Source: a virus (lineage: Duplodnaviria > Caudoviricetes). Taken from it: a stretch of 64,000 nucleotides of DNA. The position numbers and the translations under genes were made by a program. Shown here one piece after another: positions 16,488-27,050 of the stretch. How positions within the stretch are numbered: position 1 is the stretch's first letter; each line of letters begins with the position of its first letter. Below the pieces are notes generated by a model. It was not told the origin of the DNA. It made no database searches and saw nothing but the letters and a program-made list of their open reading frames with translations. The stretch lies in IMG/VR virus record IMGVR_UViG_3300028412_000003. One strand, given 5' to 3'.

Positions 16488-17948
16488 TTAATTCCAATCT
16501 ATCTTCTCTATTGAGAAAGGATATTTGGCTTCTTTGTAGTATTTCTTTCTTTCTCGCAAATGCCTTTTGGCAAATTTGCATGTTGATGTTATATCCCATA
16601 TCTGTACAAAATCCTTATCTTTTGCTTTACGAATTCCACGTCCGATAGATTGTATTACTCTCACAAAGGATTTGCCAGGTTCGACTAGTATTAAATTAAA
16701 AATACGAGGAATGTTAATTCCAACAGCAGCAACTCCATATGTAGCGATAATCACTTTATGATCGGACGTGTTTACGCCATCATATTCTTCTTGTCGATCT
16801 TTAATTTTAACTGCACCGTTAATAAAAATCGAATCAGGTATAATTGCCTCTAATTCTTTGCCTGTTGCTATCCTATCAACTAGGATTAATGAGTTGCCTG
16901 TTTTGCTTATGTTTGTGAATAATTTTCCTAAATATTCTACTCGTTGTTTATTTGTTACTAGATATTTTAATTCTTCTTGATAACCCTCAAATTCTTTAAC
17001 ATCTATTAATTGTGTGACATTAACTTGTAGGTTTGATAAAACGCCTTTATCTTGTAACTCGTGCGCATATATGTTTCCGACAACTGGTCCAATTGCGGCA
17101 AGTATGCCTATAAATTCATATTCTTCTTTAGGAACCGTCCCTGTTAATCCCCATCTTACAGGAGCATTCTTTAAATTTTCAGTTAATAATTTAGTTAACA
17201 CTTCGGCTTTAGCCATGTGAACTTCGTCAACTATAACGGTTTGTACTCCGTCAAGAAATTCTGCCAAGGTGAGTAAAGTTGTATCACCTTTTTTACTTTT
17301 TTTGTCTAATATGTTGAGACTTTGCCATGTGCAAACTGTGTGAGTTTTATTTAGATCTTTTCGATCACCAAAATAAACTCCAACGTCTAATCCAACGTTT
17401 ATATAATCTTTTTCAGTTTGTGTAACTAGGCTTTTATTTGGGACAATAATTAATGATCGCCCCAACGGTTCTACTATCTTTGATAAAGTAGCCGTCATAA
17501 TTGTTTTGCCAGCGCCAGTGGCAATCTGCTGTAATGATTGGGGATTCTTTAAAAAGTCATTTATTGCAGTTACTTGGTAATCTCTTAATTCAATTGGTTC
17601 GCCGGCCTTTTCGTGTCCTTCTGGCCAAAAAGATCCTTCCCAGAAGTTTTCGTCTATTGTTGTTAATCCTATGTCAATAGTCTGTCGACGATCATCAATT
17701 TCCGATACTTCGTAACCTTCTTTTTTTAAGATTGGTAAAAGTCTATCTAAATGATTTAAGTATCCATTTCCACCTATACCAAAATAACCTTTAGTACCGT
17801 CCCATCTTCCTAATTTATATTTTTCAGAATATCTTGCATGAGGAATTTCAAATTTCATCGAACTTGAAAGTTTCCTTCTTACACTTGGCGGTAATCCATC
17901 TATCTTAATATTAACTTCATCATAAATTATTATTTTACATGTAGGCAT
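16488..17948 (-). CDS. uvsW: SF2 DNA helicase, UvsW-like
   Basis: ATGAGKT, VDEVH, GLTGT, VGINIP, QSIGRGIR. Confidence 0.92.
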   Translation of the reverse strand: MPTCKIIIYDEVNIKIDGLPPSVRRKLSSSMKFEIPHARYSEKYKLGRWDGTKGYFGIGGNGYLNHLDRLLPILKKEGYEVSEIDDRRQTIDIGLTTIDENFWEGSFWPEGHEKAGEPIELRDYQVTAINDFLKNPQSLQQIATGAGKTIMTATLSKIVEPLGRSLIIVPNKSLVTQTEKDYINVGLDVGVYFGDRKDLNKTHTVCTWQSLNILDKKSKKGDTTLLTLAEFLDGVQTVIVDEVHMAKAEVLTKLLTENLKNAPVRWGLTGTVPKEEYEFIGILAAIGPVVGNIYAHELQDKGVLSNLQVNVTQLIDVKEFEGYQEELKYLVTNKQRVEYLGKLFTNISKTGNSLILVDRIATGKELEAIIPDSIFINGAVKIKDRQEEYDGVNTSDHKVIIATYGVAAVGINIPRIFNLILVEPGKSFVRVIQSIGRGIRKAKDKDFVQIWDITSTCKFAKRHLRERKKYYKEAKYPFSIEKIDWN

Positions 17949-19185
17949 TGTCTCTTGTTAGTTTCTCCGCTTTTATTCTTCTCCAGCTAGTCATTTCGTT
18001 ATCATAATGAATTTTCAAATCAACGTTATTTAAAAACCCATTAATTTTTGACGAACAATGACTACTATTGATCAATATAATTGACTCTGGATGCCAGTCA
18101 GCTTTTAATAAAGTCTTAGGCAATTTAGTCTTTATAATATAAACTACTTTAGTCGATTTGTCAACCTGATTGTTTAATCCATTTTCTTTAACATATTGAT
18201 TATAATTTTTACCTATGCCTTTATTATCCATTCGATACATCACAGAAATACTATCTTTGGATATTTCTTCCGGCAATTCACCTATTGATTCTTTTAACTG
18301 TGAAAATGCTTTGTTTTGATCTAACAAAATTAGAATAGGAAATCTGTTCAATTCCATGAGACCGTTAATGATTTCTCTTAATTTAAATTGATCTGGTGCT
18401 GCTTGGATAACTTGGTTTTCTCTCGTTGCCAGAGAAACGGCAATATTACTAAATTTCTTAGCAGATTCTAAAAGAGCTTTTCTTTCTATATATTGAATGC
18501 TGAACATTAGAGATATATCTTTATAGAAAATAAGATTATCAACAGTTGGATTGCCAAATTTCTTATAAAGATATTCTGATGCCGGTTTTGAAAAATTCTT
18601 CAATTTATAATCAATTATACACGGAAGATAATCATGAGGATTCATTTCATAATTTTTAGCTATTTCATACAATTCTAATATTTTCTCGTCAATTTCAAAA
18701 TTCTTATCTTGTAGTGAATTTATAATTTTGTAAACATTTTCTAAAGTGGCAGGAAATTTATGGGTCTTGTTTTCTTTTTCATAATAATGACCTTTTAAAG
18801 ATCTTAATTCTTTGATAGTATTAATCAATCGACGATTAAACAAAAATCTAACTGAAATTAAATTTTTATCGTTTTCGGTTATCAACTCTATCTTTCTCTC
18901 ACGATTAACTCTTCGTAATCCCAATGACAATGTATTAATAGCTAAATCAAAGTTATACCCGTTTGTTTCAAGAAGGTCTTTGTATTTTAGTAACATTTCT
19001 TTTAAAAGAAGATACTGTTTATCTGTTAACGATAAACCTTTTCGAAGTATCTGTTGAGAAACAGAGTTTAAGAAACTTTGATCTTCTTCATTACTAAGTT
19101 TTTTTATTGTTAAATGATTTATCATAGACTCGATGTTATCATAAGCAATCATGTCATACCCTCTAGGATTTGTGCGTTGTCTCAT
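17935..19185 (-). CDS. Hypothetical protein (416 aa)
   Basis: ORF track; has its own promoter. Confidence 0.7.
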   Translation of the reverse strand: MRQRTNPRGYDMIAYDNIESMINHLTIKKLSNEEDQSFLNSVSQQILRKGLSLTDKQYLLLKEMLLKYKDLLETNGYNFDLAINTLSLGLRRVNRERKIELITENDKNLISVRFLFNRRLINTIKELRSLKGHYYEKENKTHKFPATLENVYKIINSLQDKNFEIDEKILELYEIAKNYEMNPHDYLPCIIDYKLKNFSKPASEYLYKKFGNPTVDNLIFYKDISLMFSIQYIERKALLESAKKFSNIAVSLATRENQVIQAAPDQFKLREIINGLMELNRFPILILLDQNKAFSQLKESIGELPEEISKDSISVMYRMDNKGIGKNYNQYVKENGLNNQVDKSTKVVYIIKTKLPKTLLKADWHPESIILINSSHCSSKINGFLNNVDLKIHYDNEMTSWRRIKAEKLTRDNAYM

Positions 19186-19190
19186 GATTT

Positions 19191-19219
19191 ATTATAGCTT
19201 ATTATAGACGAGAAGTCAA
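19191..19219 (-). promoter_or_regulatory. sigma70-type promoter TTGACT-17-TATAAT, 5 nt before ATG 19185
   Basis: Read on the minus strand; no SD. Confidence 0.8.
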
Positions 19220-20035
19220 GCGAGTAAGCGGCAACCCATCTTTTATTTCTTCTATTGTCCATTCAGTATATGCTATGTCATTTAACCATTGTGTTCTATC
19301 CGGCATAAGAGGATTTTCTAAAGTAGTATAATCATGATTTCCTACATCATAGGCAAGGCTGTCGTGTTTAACAAAAACAGGTATTCCGTCCAATACTGCT
19401 TGTGTAGCAGGATTTGATGATTGATTAACAACTGCCCATGCGTCAATGGGAGCAAAATCAAAGTCGTCATATGTTCCGGGTATATGTATAGGAACCTGTT
19501 GTATCACTTTTGAACAAAGACCTCTTTCAATTGGTGGTAATCTGTATCTTGGATGTGGTCGTAATATAATTTGCCGGTCGGTTTTCTCTCTTATTCCTAA
19601 TATAGTTTCTCTTACCCAATCACTTGGACTAGATTGATGTTCCATCTGTTTTGAAAAAGGATTTTGACAACAAACTATTATTGGGCCGGTTGGATTGGGA
19701 TTCCATGGTTTAAGAGATAATCCCAATTTTTCTGCTCGATCAGAGTTATTCTCCATTGGACCAAAATAGGCTTGTCGGTTGATGCCACCGATCGCAACCT
19801 TCCATGTTTTATTGCGTTTTAGGCCGCCCACTTCTAGTACAATAGTATTGGGGGTAAAAATCTCTTTGTTGCGAGACATTTTACCTCTCCATAAAACGCT
19901 CCAAATGACATCTTTGTCAGCGCCTTTTTCATTATAAACAACTTCATGACCTGCTTTCTGCAGGCTTTCTGCAAAGGCTGCAAACACAGGAACTGAATTG
20001 CGAGCACCATAATTTGTCCATAAACTAAATTTCAT
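19202..20035 (-). CDS. KpsS/capsule-synthesis-like GT-B protein, paralogue 1
   Basis: ILRPHP, SSNPATQAVLDGIPVF, RTQWLNDIAYTEWTIEEI. Confidence 0.6.
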   Translation of the reverse strand: MKFSLWTNYGARNSVPVFAAFAESLQKAGHEVVYNEKGADKDVIWSVLWRGKMSRNKEIFTPNTIVLEVGGLKRNKTWKVAIGGINRQAYFGPMENNSDRAEKLGLSLKPWNPNPTGPIIVCCQNPFSKQMEHQSSPSDWVRETILGIREKTDRQIILRPHPRYRLPPIERGLCSKVIQQVPIHIPGTYDDFDFAPIDAWAVVNQSSNPATQAVLDGIPVFVKHDSLAYDVGNHDYTTLENPLMPDRTQWLNDIAYTEWTIEEIKDGLPLTRLTSRL

Positions 20036-20870
20036 TCCAGTATGACTCTTTTCGATTAACCATTAAATCTTTCTTTAAAGAGTGTCCTTGGTTTTTTCGG
20101 CCACCTTTCATATGATCAAACCATGTTCCTAATACACAATTAATAAATGGATGGCCGCCGCCCCCTGTCTTGGCTGTATTAAGATATAAGTCTTCAGAAT
20201 AATCAAAATATCCTGGATGATTAGATCTCATTTTATCCAATATGTGCCCAAAGATGAAGGAGTCGTGCCATTCATCAAGTGTGAAGATTCCGGTTTCTGC
20301 TTCCTCGTAGTATCTTTCAAATTCTTGGAGAAACGATTGGGCTGATTCGTGTCGTAAATTGAGACCGTAGAATCCACATTCCGGCCAGGTCTGACTTCCT
20401 TTACCTCGTCCGACATATGTGATCCATTTTCCTTCTGGGAGCAATTCCTCGAATTGCTCCCCTGAGATGGGGCTGTGGACGTAGGTGTCTGCGTCCAACC
20501 ACACAAGCCAATCCGCTTCGGTTTTGCGCGCCGCTTCGAAGACGGCATAGGTTTTGTTTGCAAAGCGAATTGCATGCCATTTAAATTCTTTGTGGTAATC
20601 TCTTGGTCTTTTTTCGGGGTGGGGACATTGTCCATTTGCTTTTGGTTCATTCTTCCATTTTTCCTTAAATTGGTTAAGTTTTGGTAAGTTTTCTTTTGCA
20701 TCTAATATTGTTATTTGTTCTGGGTTAGGATTAACCGGAGAACAATCCTCTGCATAAACAGTTAGTCTAATACTCAAATCAACATTTTTTGCAAAACTAT
20801 CTAAAAAACGTTGTCCATATACATCAAGACCTTCTTTATGAAAAGTGGTAACAACTTCAATTTTTTTCAT
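20025..20870 (-). CDS. GT-A fold glycosyltransferase-like protein
   Basis: WLVWLDADT DxD motif; cluster context. Confidence 0.65.
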   Translation of the reverse strand: MKKIEVVTTFHKEGLDVYGQRFLDSFAKNVDLSIRLTVYAEDCSPVNPNPEQITILDAKENLPKLNQFKEKWKNEPKANGQCPHPEKRPRDYHKEFKWHAIRFANKTYAVFEAARKTEADWLVWLDADTYVHSPISGEQFEELLPEGKWITYVGRGKGSQTWPECGFYGLNLRHESAQSFLQEFERYYEEAETGIFTLDEWHDSFIFGHILDKMRSNHPGYFDYSEDLYLNTAKTGGGGHPFINCVLGTWFDHMKGGRKNQGHSLKKDLMVNRKESYWNEI

Positions 20871-21816
20871 TATTTTCTTCCTCTATATTAACCCATTTTC
20901 TCATATGAGACCAAGCTTCTCCTGATTTTAATTCTTCAAGAGTCCAGTGCATTTGTGCTATCTTTTGTATCCATTTTTCTCTATCAAATTCTCTTAAATT
21001 AGAAATATCTTTCAATGAATGATGAGAAACACCGGCTGCTTGTGATCTTTCTGGATCTAATACTATAACAGGAACACCTTCAATTGCTGCTGCAACCCCT
21101 GGTGAAGAGTTATAGGTTACTACTGCATGAGCTTTTCGAAAATCATCTAATAGACTAACTTTAGACGAACTATAGGAAATATTGGGCATTCGCATACTTA
21201 ACATCTTTTTAATGTGTTCTTTATTCCCTTTGTCACCCGGATGAAATCTTACTCGTATTGGTAAATGAGAAAATCTACGAAGCTGTGTTATAGTTTGAAC
21301 TAGCCAAGGAATAAGACTCTGTCCTCCCATACTCCAACCTCCATCTCTCTGACAACATATCAATATATACCTACCATGCTTCATTCTCCATGGTTTTAAA
21401 TTAATACGAAGATCCTTTTGTATTTTAAGCCAACGATCGGGATCTGGATCATCATTACAATATTCGCCTGTGTTAGGAAATACTCCATCAAAAGAATATC
21501 TTAAATAAGTCTTGGTATTTCCAGGATCTGCGTATAAAAATAAATTACTATCAGCTATGATAGATCTCCTACCTAATGCAGCCTGTGTATCAATTATTTG
21601 TTTTCTAAGTATTAAATGAGGAGATTGTTTACTATTCTCGTGGACAAATCCTTGTATTAATGCTACATCCGATTCTTGTATATTATTGTCATCTATTAAC
21701 ATTCCGGAATCTCCTGTTTTATTAACGCCCTCTATAAAATTTCGTAATAATGCAGGTTTTTCCGGATTAGTATTTCTAGGTGGAATACCTTTTAAATATG
21801 CTGCTACTTTTATCAT
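20857..21816 (-). CDS. KpsS/capsule-synthesis-like GT-B protein, paralogue 2
   Basis: RVRFHP, NSSPGVAAAIEGVPV, REKWIQKIAQMHWTLEEL. Confidence 0.6.
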   Translation of the reverse strand: MIKVAAYLKGIPPRNTNPEKPALLRNFIEGVNKTGDSGMLIDDNNIQESDVALIQGFVHENSKQSPHLILRKQIIDTQAALGRRSIIADSNLFLYADPGNTKTYLRYSFDGVFPNTGEYCNDDPDPDRWLKIQKDLRINLKPWRMKHGRYILICCQRDGGWSMGGQSLIPWLVQTITQLRRFSHLPIRVRFHPGDKGNKEHIKKMLSMRMPNISYSSSKVSLLDDFRKAHAVVTYNSSPGVAAAIEGVPVIVLDPERSQAAGVSHHSLKDISNLREFDREKWIQKIAQMHWTLEELKSGEAWSHMRKWVNIEEENNEKN

Positions 21817-22619
21817 AAATTAAATTCCTTTTGTATTGCCCACGCTGTTCCATCTCTTAATTCATTTGGAGTATATTGACAGTATGATAGATATTTTAAG
21901 AATTTAACTACTTCTTCTTCTGGTGGATAATAAGGAGTTTCTATAATAGAAAGATCTTGAGAAGCAAAAAATTGTGCAGTATTTGGTGCTAACGTAAAGG
22001 CTGAAACCCCTGCATGTATAGCTTCTATTGCTGCAATGGAATTATATGTAACAAGAGCATGAACACTATCTCTTTGTAATTGATGATATAACGAATTTTC
22101 TCCTATGCGTTCTCTTCTTAATGGTTTATCTCTTATTATTATCTTTCTGTCTGTATATTGTTTAATAGTTTGAATGGTATCTTCTAACCATTCTGTTCTA
22201 TCAATATTATAAAATTTACAAGGTTTGTCTGACGGAGTGACTATTAATATAGAATCACCGGCTTTTTGTTTTCCTTTATATTTCATATAGGATTTCCATT
22301 CGCATAGTGCATCGTATCGATCACTTGGAACCTCTATTATTCCTTTTAAGTGTTGCACGTTATTTTTGACAACCCTATGAAATTCTTTTCTCTTTCCTAA
22401 ATTACCAATATAACCAGTATCAATATAATAAAAATCCCTACCTTCATTCCATAATTTTCTTATTAATTTTCTTCGTGTAAGTGAACGAAATGCAATTGGT
22501 AATTCTAATGGATATTCATTTCTCTTTTCGGGGTCAATAAAGATACCATGTGATCCAACTAACCAATCATTTACTATCATATCAGTGTTATCAACACCTA
22601 ACATCTTTGTTTCAATCAT
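21813..22619 (-). CDS. KpsS/capsule-synthesis-like GT-B protein, paralogue 3
   Basis: IIIRDKP, NSIAAIEAIHAGV, LSYCQYTPNEL. Confidence 0.6.
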   Translation of the reverse strand: MIETKMLGVDNTDMIVNDWLVGSHGIFIDPEKRNEYPLELPIAFRSLTRRKLIRKLWNEGRDFYYIDTGYIGNLGKRKEFHRVVKNNVQHLKGIIEVPSDRYDALCEWKSYMKYKGKQKAGDSILIVTPSDKPCKFYNIDRTEWLEDTIQTIKQYTDRKIIIRDKPLRRERIGENSLYHQLQRDSVHALVTYNSIAAIEAIHAGVSAFTLAPNTAQFFASQDLSIIETPYYPPEEEVVKFLKYLSYCQYTPNELRDGTAWAIQKEFNL

Positions 22620-22629
22620 TTTTATAAAC

Positions 22630-23319
22630 CTAATATCCTCTCATCATGCTAGATAATTCACTTTTCCATACATGATTTAATTCACAAAAACGATAGTTTT
22701 CAAACCAAGGACCTCCCGAAGTATAATGCAGACCTCTTGGATATCCATCTTTACCAGGAACATACCAATCAACTAACCAGTTCCACTCATGACTAAATTC
22801 TCCAATTTCACTATCTTTCAACCAACTAAACCTATGAAGAAACGCGCCGGTTGTTTTTGGATCATTTACTAATTCTTTTGTTAAGATTTTATTTGAAGGA
22901 TGACCACAATTAACTAACATAACCGAACTCCAATTTTTACGAGGATATTGTGTTTGCACTTGATTATCCATTTTTATTCCGTCTGTTGGATTATAATCAT
23001 GTTTTGCACACATCACTGCATATTTTTCATCTGCTAAATTAAATAAATTCTGTATATCATCTCTAAAAATAATATCACAATCACAAAATAAAGCCCATCC
23101 ATCGAATTTGTTTAATTCAGCTATTAAAAATCTAGTAAAGGTAAATTCAGTTGATGCAAGCGGATCTATTTCTCTTGAATAAATTCCATAATTTCTAAGT
23201 TCTGTTTGTTTTAGAGGTATAACTTCTATATTTGAATTTCGGGACTCGATGCTCCATTTACATACTTGGTATGCAATGTCTTCTCTCGGATCATATCCAA
23301 TATACACTTTGTTTTTCAT
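22630..23319 (-). CDS. Glycosyltransferase, GT8-like
   Basis: YIGYDPRE, FTFTRF, LFCDCD, RKNWSSVML, WNWLV, HYTSGGPWF. Confidence 0.75.
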   Translation of the reverse strand: MKNKVYIGYDPREDIAYQVCKWSIESRNSNIEVIPLKQTELRNYGIYSREIDPLASTEFTFTRFLIAELNKFDGWALFCDCDIIFRDDIQNLFNLADEKYAVMCAKHDYNPTDGIKMDNQVQTQYPRKNWSSVMLVNCGHPSNKILTKELVNDPKTTGAFLHRFSWLKDSEIGEFSHEWNWLVDWYVPGKDGYPRGLHYTSGGPWFENYRFCELNHVWKSELSSMMRGY

Positions 23320-23342
23320 AATACTCTTTCAGTTAGTATAGG

Positions 23343-23373
23343 TATTTATATATGCACTTTAAACTGATAAATA
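23343..23373. promoter_or_regulatory. Divergent pair of T4 late-type boxes (TATAAATA on - at 23343-23350; GATAAATA on + at 23366-23373)
   Basis: Sequence match to the gp55-type TATAAATA consensus. Confidence 0.6.
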
Positions 23374-23376
23374 TAT

Positions 23377-24093
23377 ATGATGAATAATAAACCCTTAATT
23401 TATGCAGGATCAGATTCAACATTTTTTAAAATGTTTGGAATTAGTTTTGTCAAAAGTTTTAAACATTTTAATCCAGAGATGGATATCCTTTATCACATTA
23501 TGGATCCTAAAGAAGAAGACCTAGAATTATTAGAGTTACTGCCTTGTGAATACACGGTTAGTTACACTGATCAAAATTACATAAACGAAATAATAGAAAA
23601 ATACAAAGATGTAAAATGGTTATTAGATTGCTCTGATAAAAATTTAGCAATCAAAGCAACATGGTATCGTTGCTGGAGATTTATAGAGATTAGCCGTATA
23701 TGGAATAGTAATCAATTATTAATGATATACGATGTTGATACTGTTGCTATAAACAAGATGTTTGATTATACTAATGAAATTTGTAACGATACAGATCAAG
23801 GATGTCTTGATGTAAAAGGAAACCAAGTTGTAAGTTTGACTGCATTTCGAAACAACAGTCGTTTGTTAAAAGAATGGGGGGAATTGCTTGAACATAATAT
23901 AAATGAGAAAATATTTCATCCTACTATGGACCAAAATATTTTTATTAATTGTGCAACCAAATATGACGTACAAAAGATTAATCTAAGTTATTGTAATTAT
24001 TCTAAAAAGAATTATGGATTTGCATTAACTGGTAAGGGCATAAAGAAAATAGAAAATGCTCGATTTATAGAACACGTTGAAAAATGGAGATAA
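23377..24093 (+). CDS. Glycosyltransferase-like protein
   Basis: YRCWRF, IYDVDT (DxD), DQNI. Confidence 0.5.
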   Translation: MMNNKPLIYAGSDSTFFKMFGISFVKSFKHFNPEMDILYHIMDPKEEDLELLELLPCEYTVSYTDQNYINEIIEKYKDVKWLLDCSDKNLAIKATWYRCWRFIEISRIWNSNQLLMIYDVDTVAINKMFDYTNEICNDTDQGCLDVKGNQVVSLTAFRNNSRLLKEWGELLEHNINEKIFHPTMDQNIFINCATKYDVQKINLSYCNYSKKNYGFALTGKGIKKIENARFIEHVEKWR

Positions 24094-24727
24094 AATGATA
24101 ACAATACCGGTTCAGGAGTCAAAACACTTTCCGGAATTTAAGGGTTTAGATATCCTTGAATTTGGTAATAAAAGGTCTAAGAAAGGTCTTTATAAAGATG
24201 AATATCTTTATAATGGTGCTTCTAGTTATGTTTCAATAGACATCAATGCACAAGACGGTGCTATTCCTGTTGATTTAAGAGAGTTTAGTGCACCAGATAT
24301 AATTATCGAAAAGACCAAAAAAGAAAAATATGATCTTATTGTTAATATTGGAACTTCGGAACATGTAACGAGTCAACAAACATTTTGGTATACAGTCCAT
24401 CAATTATCTAAAAAAGGAACATATCAAGTTCATTGTGTTCCTAAAGCAGAAAAACATCTAGACCACGCAAATGCAGGATCATGTTGGCATCCATATCCTG
24501 AATTTTTTCAAAAATTAGCTGAATTAAATAATTATAAGATTGATTATTTTGAAGTTACTCCTGCACAAGAACTTATGAATAAAAAAGAAAGACGCTGGGG
24601 AGATTTAATCTTCTGTCGATACATTGTATTAGAAGATAATAAAACTTTTACTTGGAACAAAGAGTTAGATTCTTTATTTTGGAAAAATACTAATTATAAA
24701 GAATCTGATTGGGTTTATAAGTTATAA
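24077..24727 (+). CDS. SAM-dependent methyltransferase-like protein
   Basis: ILEFG...YVSIDIN, YDLIVNIGTSEHV. Confidence 0.65.
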   Translation: MKNGDKMITIPVQESKHFPEFKGLDILEFGNKRSKKGLYKDEYLYNGASSYVSIDINAQDGAIPVDLREFSAPDIIIEKTKKEKYDLIVNIGTSEHVTSQQTFWYTVHQLSKKGTYQVHCVPKAEKHLDHANAGSCWHPYPEFFQKLAELNNYKIDYFEVTPAQELMNKKERRWGDLIFCRYIVLEDNKTFTWNKELDSLFWKNTNYKESDWVYKL

Positions 24728-25405
24728 TGGTGCAAAGGCTTTATCATGTTGCCAGTCAAATATCATCTTATAACCAAAAGTTTCAATTAAAGAAATAACC
24801 CGTTTATCGGTCCATCCAAATTTATCTCCTGAATTATTAGTTTCAATAACTATAATCGGTCGATGTTTCTTAATAGTTTCGGTTGCTCCAATTAATGCCA
24901 TAGCTTCATATCCCTCTATATCAAGATGAATCAAATCAGGTACAAGTTCTAAACTATCTATTGTAATAACCGGGATTTCACCTTTTACTTTAGGATTAAT
25001 ATGTAATGCCCCAAGGTTATCTCTTCCACCCTTTCCTGGCGGCGCAATGAGAGAAACGTTAGAAATTTTATCTCCTAAACAAACAGGTCTACAAATGATA
25101 TTTTGTTCTGTGCAATTGAGTCGAAGACATTCTCTCCATTCGTCATCTGGTTCAAATGTATTAACTTCTTTAAAGTATTCAGAGTAAATCTTTGGATATA
25201 ATCCTGCATTTCCTCCTGCTTGTATCACACAATTTCTTTTATTTTCTGGAATTAATTCAACTATTTCTCTTGGAATATTTGCTGAATGATATGCAAATCC
25301 ATTAATCCAATGTGTGTGTTTATTAAAGAATCGCCAACACATGGAGTCATCGGATCTCCATGCCCAATTATCTCCAAAGATTTTACTATTTCTATATTCT
25401 ACCAT
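24722..25405 (-). CDS. FkbM-family methyltransferase
   Basis: VIQAGGNAG, TFEP, IHLDIEGYE, RPIIVIE. Confidence 0.88.
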   Translation of the reverse strand: MVEYRNSKIFGDNWAWRSDDSMCWRFFNKHTHWINGFAYHSANIPREIVELIPENKRNCVIQAGGNAGLYPKIYSEYFKEVNTFEPDDEWRECLRLNCTEQNIICRPVCLGDKISNVSLIAPPGKGGRDNLGALHINPKVKGEIPVITIDSLELVPDLIHLDIEGYEAMALIGATETIKKHRPIIVIETNNSGDKFGWTDKRVISLIETFGYKMIFDWQHDKAFAPL

Positions 25406-25417
25406 GTTGATTTCCTG

Positions 25418-25699
25418 TTATATTAAATTATATAGTCCGATTAGGTTCATTAAGGTATACCATGTCATAAGAGTGAATAACCAAGATGCTCCTCTTTTAA
25501 AAGTTGTATATTGGAGGCACAAACTTCCTACTAGATAGAAAGAAAAAACAAACAGCATATTAGGCATTGGAGACCCAACGGCCATAGCTAAAGAAGCTAA
25601 CACACTGGTTACTGTACCAACAGTATCAACCCAAAATAATTTTTTTGATTGTCGGTATGAGTTAATCCAAAAATCAACAATTTCTTTTATTATATCCAA
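25418..25699 (-). CDS. Small membrane protein
   Basis: Three hydrophobic stretches. Confidence 0.65.
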   Translation of the reverse strand: MDIIKEIVDFWINSYRQSKKLFWVDTVGTVTSVLASLAMAVGSPMPNMLFVFSFYLVGSLCLQYTTFKRGASWLFTLMTWYTLMNLIGLYNLI

Positions 25700-26346
25700 T
25701 TTTTCCTCACTATGTCTAGGTCAATGTTATTATAGGGTTTTTCGTGTTTGCTTGTAAAAACATAAAACATTGGATCTTGATTATTTTGATCTCCTAAATG
25801 ACTTCTCCAGTTAAAACAAGGATCTTCAATATCATTTAAAAAAACAGCTCTAGTTTCATCGTATATAAAACCTTGATCTCCGATTACAGGATTATTCTTT
25901 TTCCAGTACTTAGAGAAAATTTCTTCATAATTTTTATAACACTTATCCCATATATAAGAATAATCTCCATCCCAATACATTATAGAACTATTTGGAGTAT
26001 TCTTGGGAGGTTCTAATAACATATGAAAATTCTTCTCATTAAATCCATTAAAGAAATTACTAAAATCTTTGCACAAGAGTACGTCTAAATCAAAATAAAC
26101 AACCGGACCATTAAATAATCCTGGTCGAAATAATTCTACTTTAGACCACCATCCTTTCCAATCTGTTACTAATGGAATAGTTTCAACATCAGTATCAACA
26201 TTTGACAAACAAACAAATCGAAAAGGATTTTTGTAATTTCTTTGTACTGCTCGGTATAGTTTATTAACCCATTCTTTATCATAAGGAACAGGTTGTTTCT
26301 TACGGAGATCTTCATCTATTCTTAATACACAAACAAATGTTATCAT
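25690..26346 (-). CDS. GT-A glycosyltransferase-like protein
   Basis: GWWSKVELF, VYFDLDV, NSSIM, GDQGFI. Confidence 0.7.
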   Translation of the reverse strand: MITFVCVLRIDEDLRKKQPVPYDKEWVNKLYRAVQRNYKNPFRFVCLSNVDTDVETIPLVTDWKGWWSKVELFRPGLFNGPVVYFDLDVLLCKDFSNFFNGFNEKNFHMLLEPPKNTPNSSIMYWDGDYSYIWDKCYKNYEEIFSKYWKKNNPVIGDQGFIYDETRAVFLNDIEDPCFNWRSHLGDQNNQDPMFYVFTSKHEKPYNNIDLDIVRKNWI

Positions 26347-27050
26347 GGATCTGTCCTTGTATATGAGTTTATTGACTTACGTTTCTTAGGTAACCAGTAT
26401 GTTGGATTTACTCTACAGAGACTTGAGTTTGTAACCAAAAGATTGCATGAGATAGAGTTTACATGTACGTCGGCTGGTAATACTCCGTATTCATATGTAA
26501 ACTCTATCAAGTCTTTTGCACCAGCTGGTTTAATAATATAGGCATGTAATCCCTTTATTGAAGTATCATCAAATGTTTGCCAATTACGAGAAAAAGCAGG
26601 AGTTTCAACTATATTTTTCCTTATTCCTGCTATTAAAGGTTTATTCAAATGTTCTTCGTAATCTTCAGCAGTTCTACTATATGCATCTAAATTTAATACA
26701 CCAAAAGAGTAATTTAATATAGAATCGGGAATATCTTTTATTACTAATGCATCATGTTCAAGTATAAGCATTGGTTCTTTTGTTTCAATAACTTCTTTCC
26801 ATAGTTGAAAATGAGAAAGGAAACATCCTCTTACACCTAATGTATCTCGGCTTTTTTTAATATTGTAGAAGGGACGTAGTTGATATTTTTCATATTCTTT
26901 TATTACGTTTTCTTCCCCCCAGACCGCATGGTGTATCTCTGCGTCAATATTGTGTTCTTTACAAGAATCTATAGCGGCACGAGATAAGGTTTCGGATATT
27001 TCCTTTCCTATCATAGTTATAACTTTAGTCTTTATTTTAGACTGAAGCAT
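26343..27050 (-). CDS. Glycosyltransferase family 25-like
   Basis: GCFLSH..LW, LILEHDA, HAYII.P.GA. Confidence 0.8.
   Translation of the reverse strand: MLQSKIKTKVITMIGKEISETLSRAAIDSCKEHNIDAEIHHAVWGEENVIKEYEKYQLRPFYNIKKSRDTLGVRGCFLSHFQLWKEVIETKEPMLILEHDALVIKDIPDSILNYSFGVLNLDAYSRTAEDYEEHLNKPLIAGIRKNIVETPAFSRNWQTFDDTSIKGLHAYIIKPAGAKDLIEFTYEYGVLPADVHVNSISCNLLVTNSSLCRVNPTYWLPKKRKSINSYTRTDP

Noticed and set aside
15980-17948. Further inteins in UvsW or other replication genes
   Set aside because: UvsW, UvsX, helicase and primase have normal lengths and continuous motifs; no Cys...HN/KN-C/S/T insertions found.
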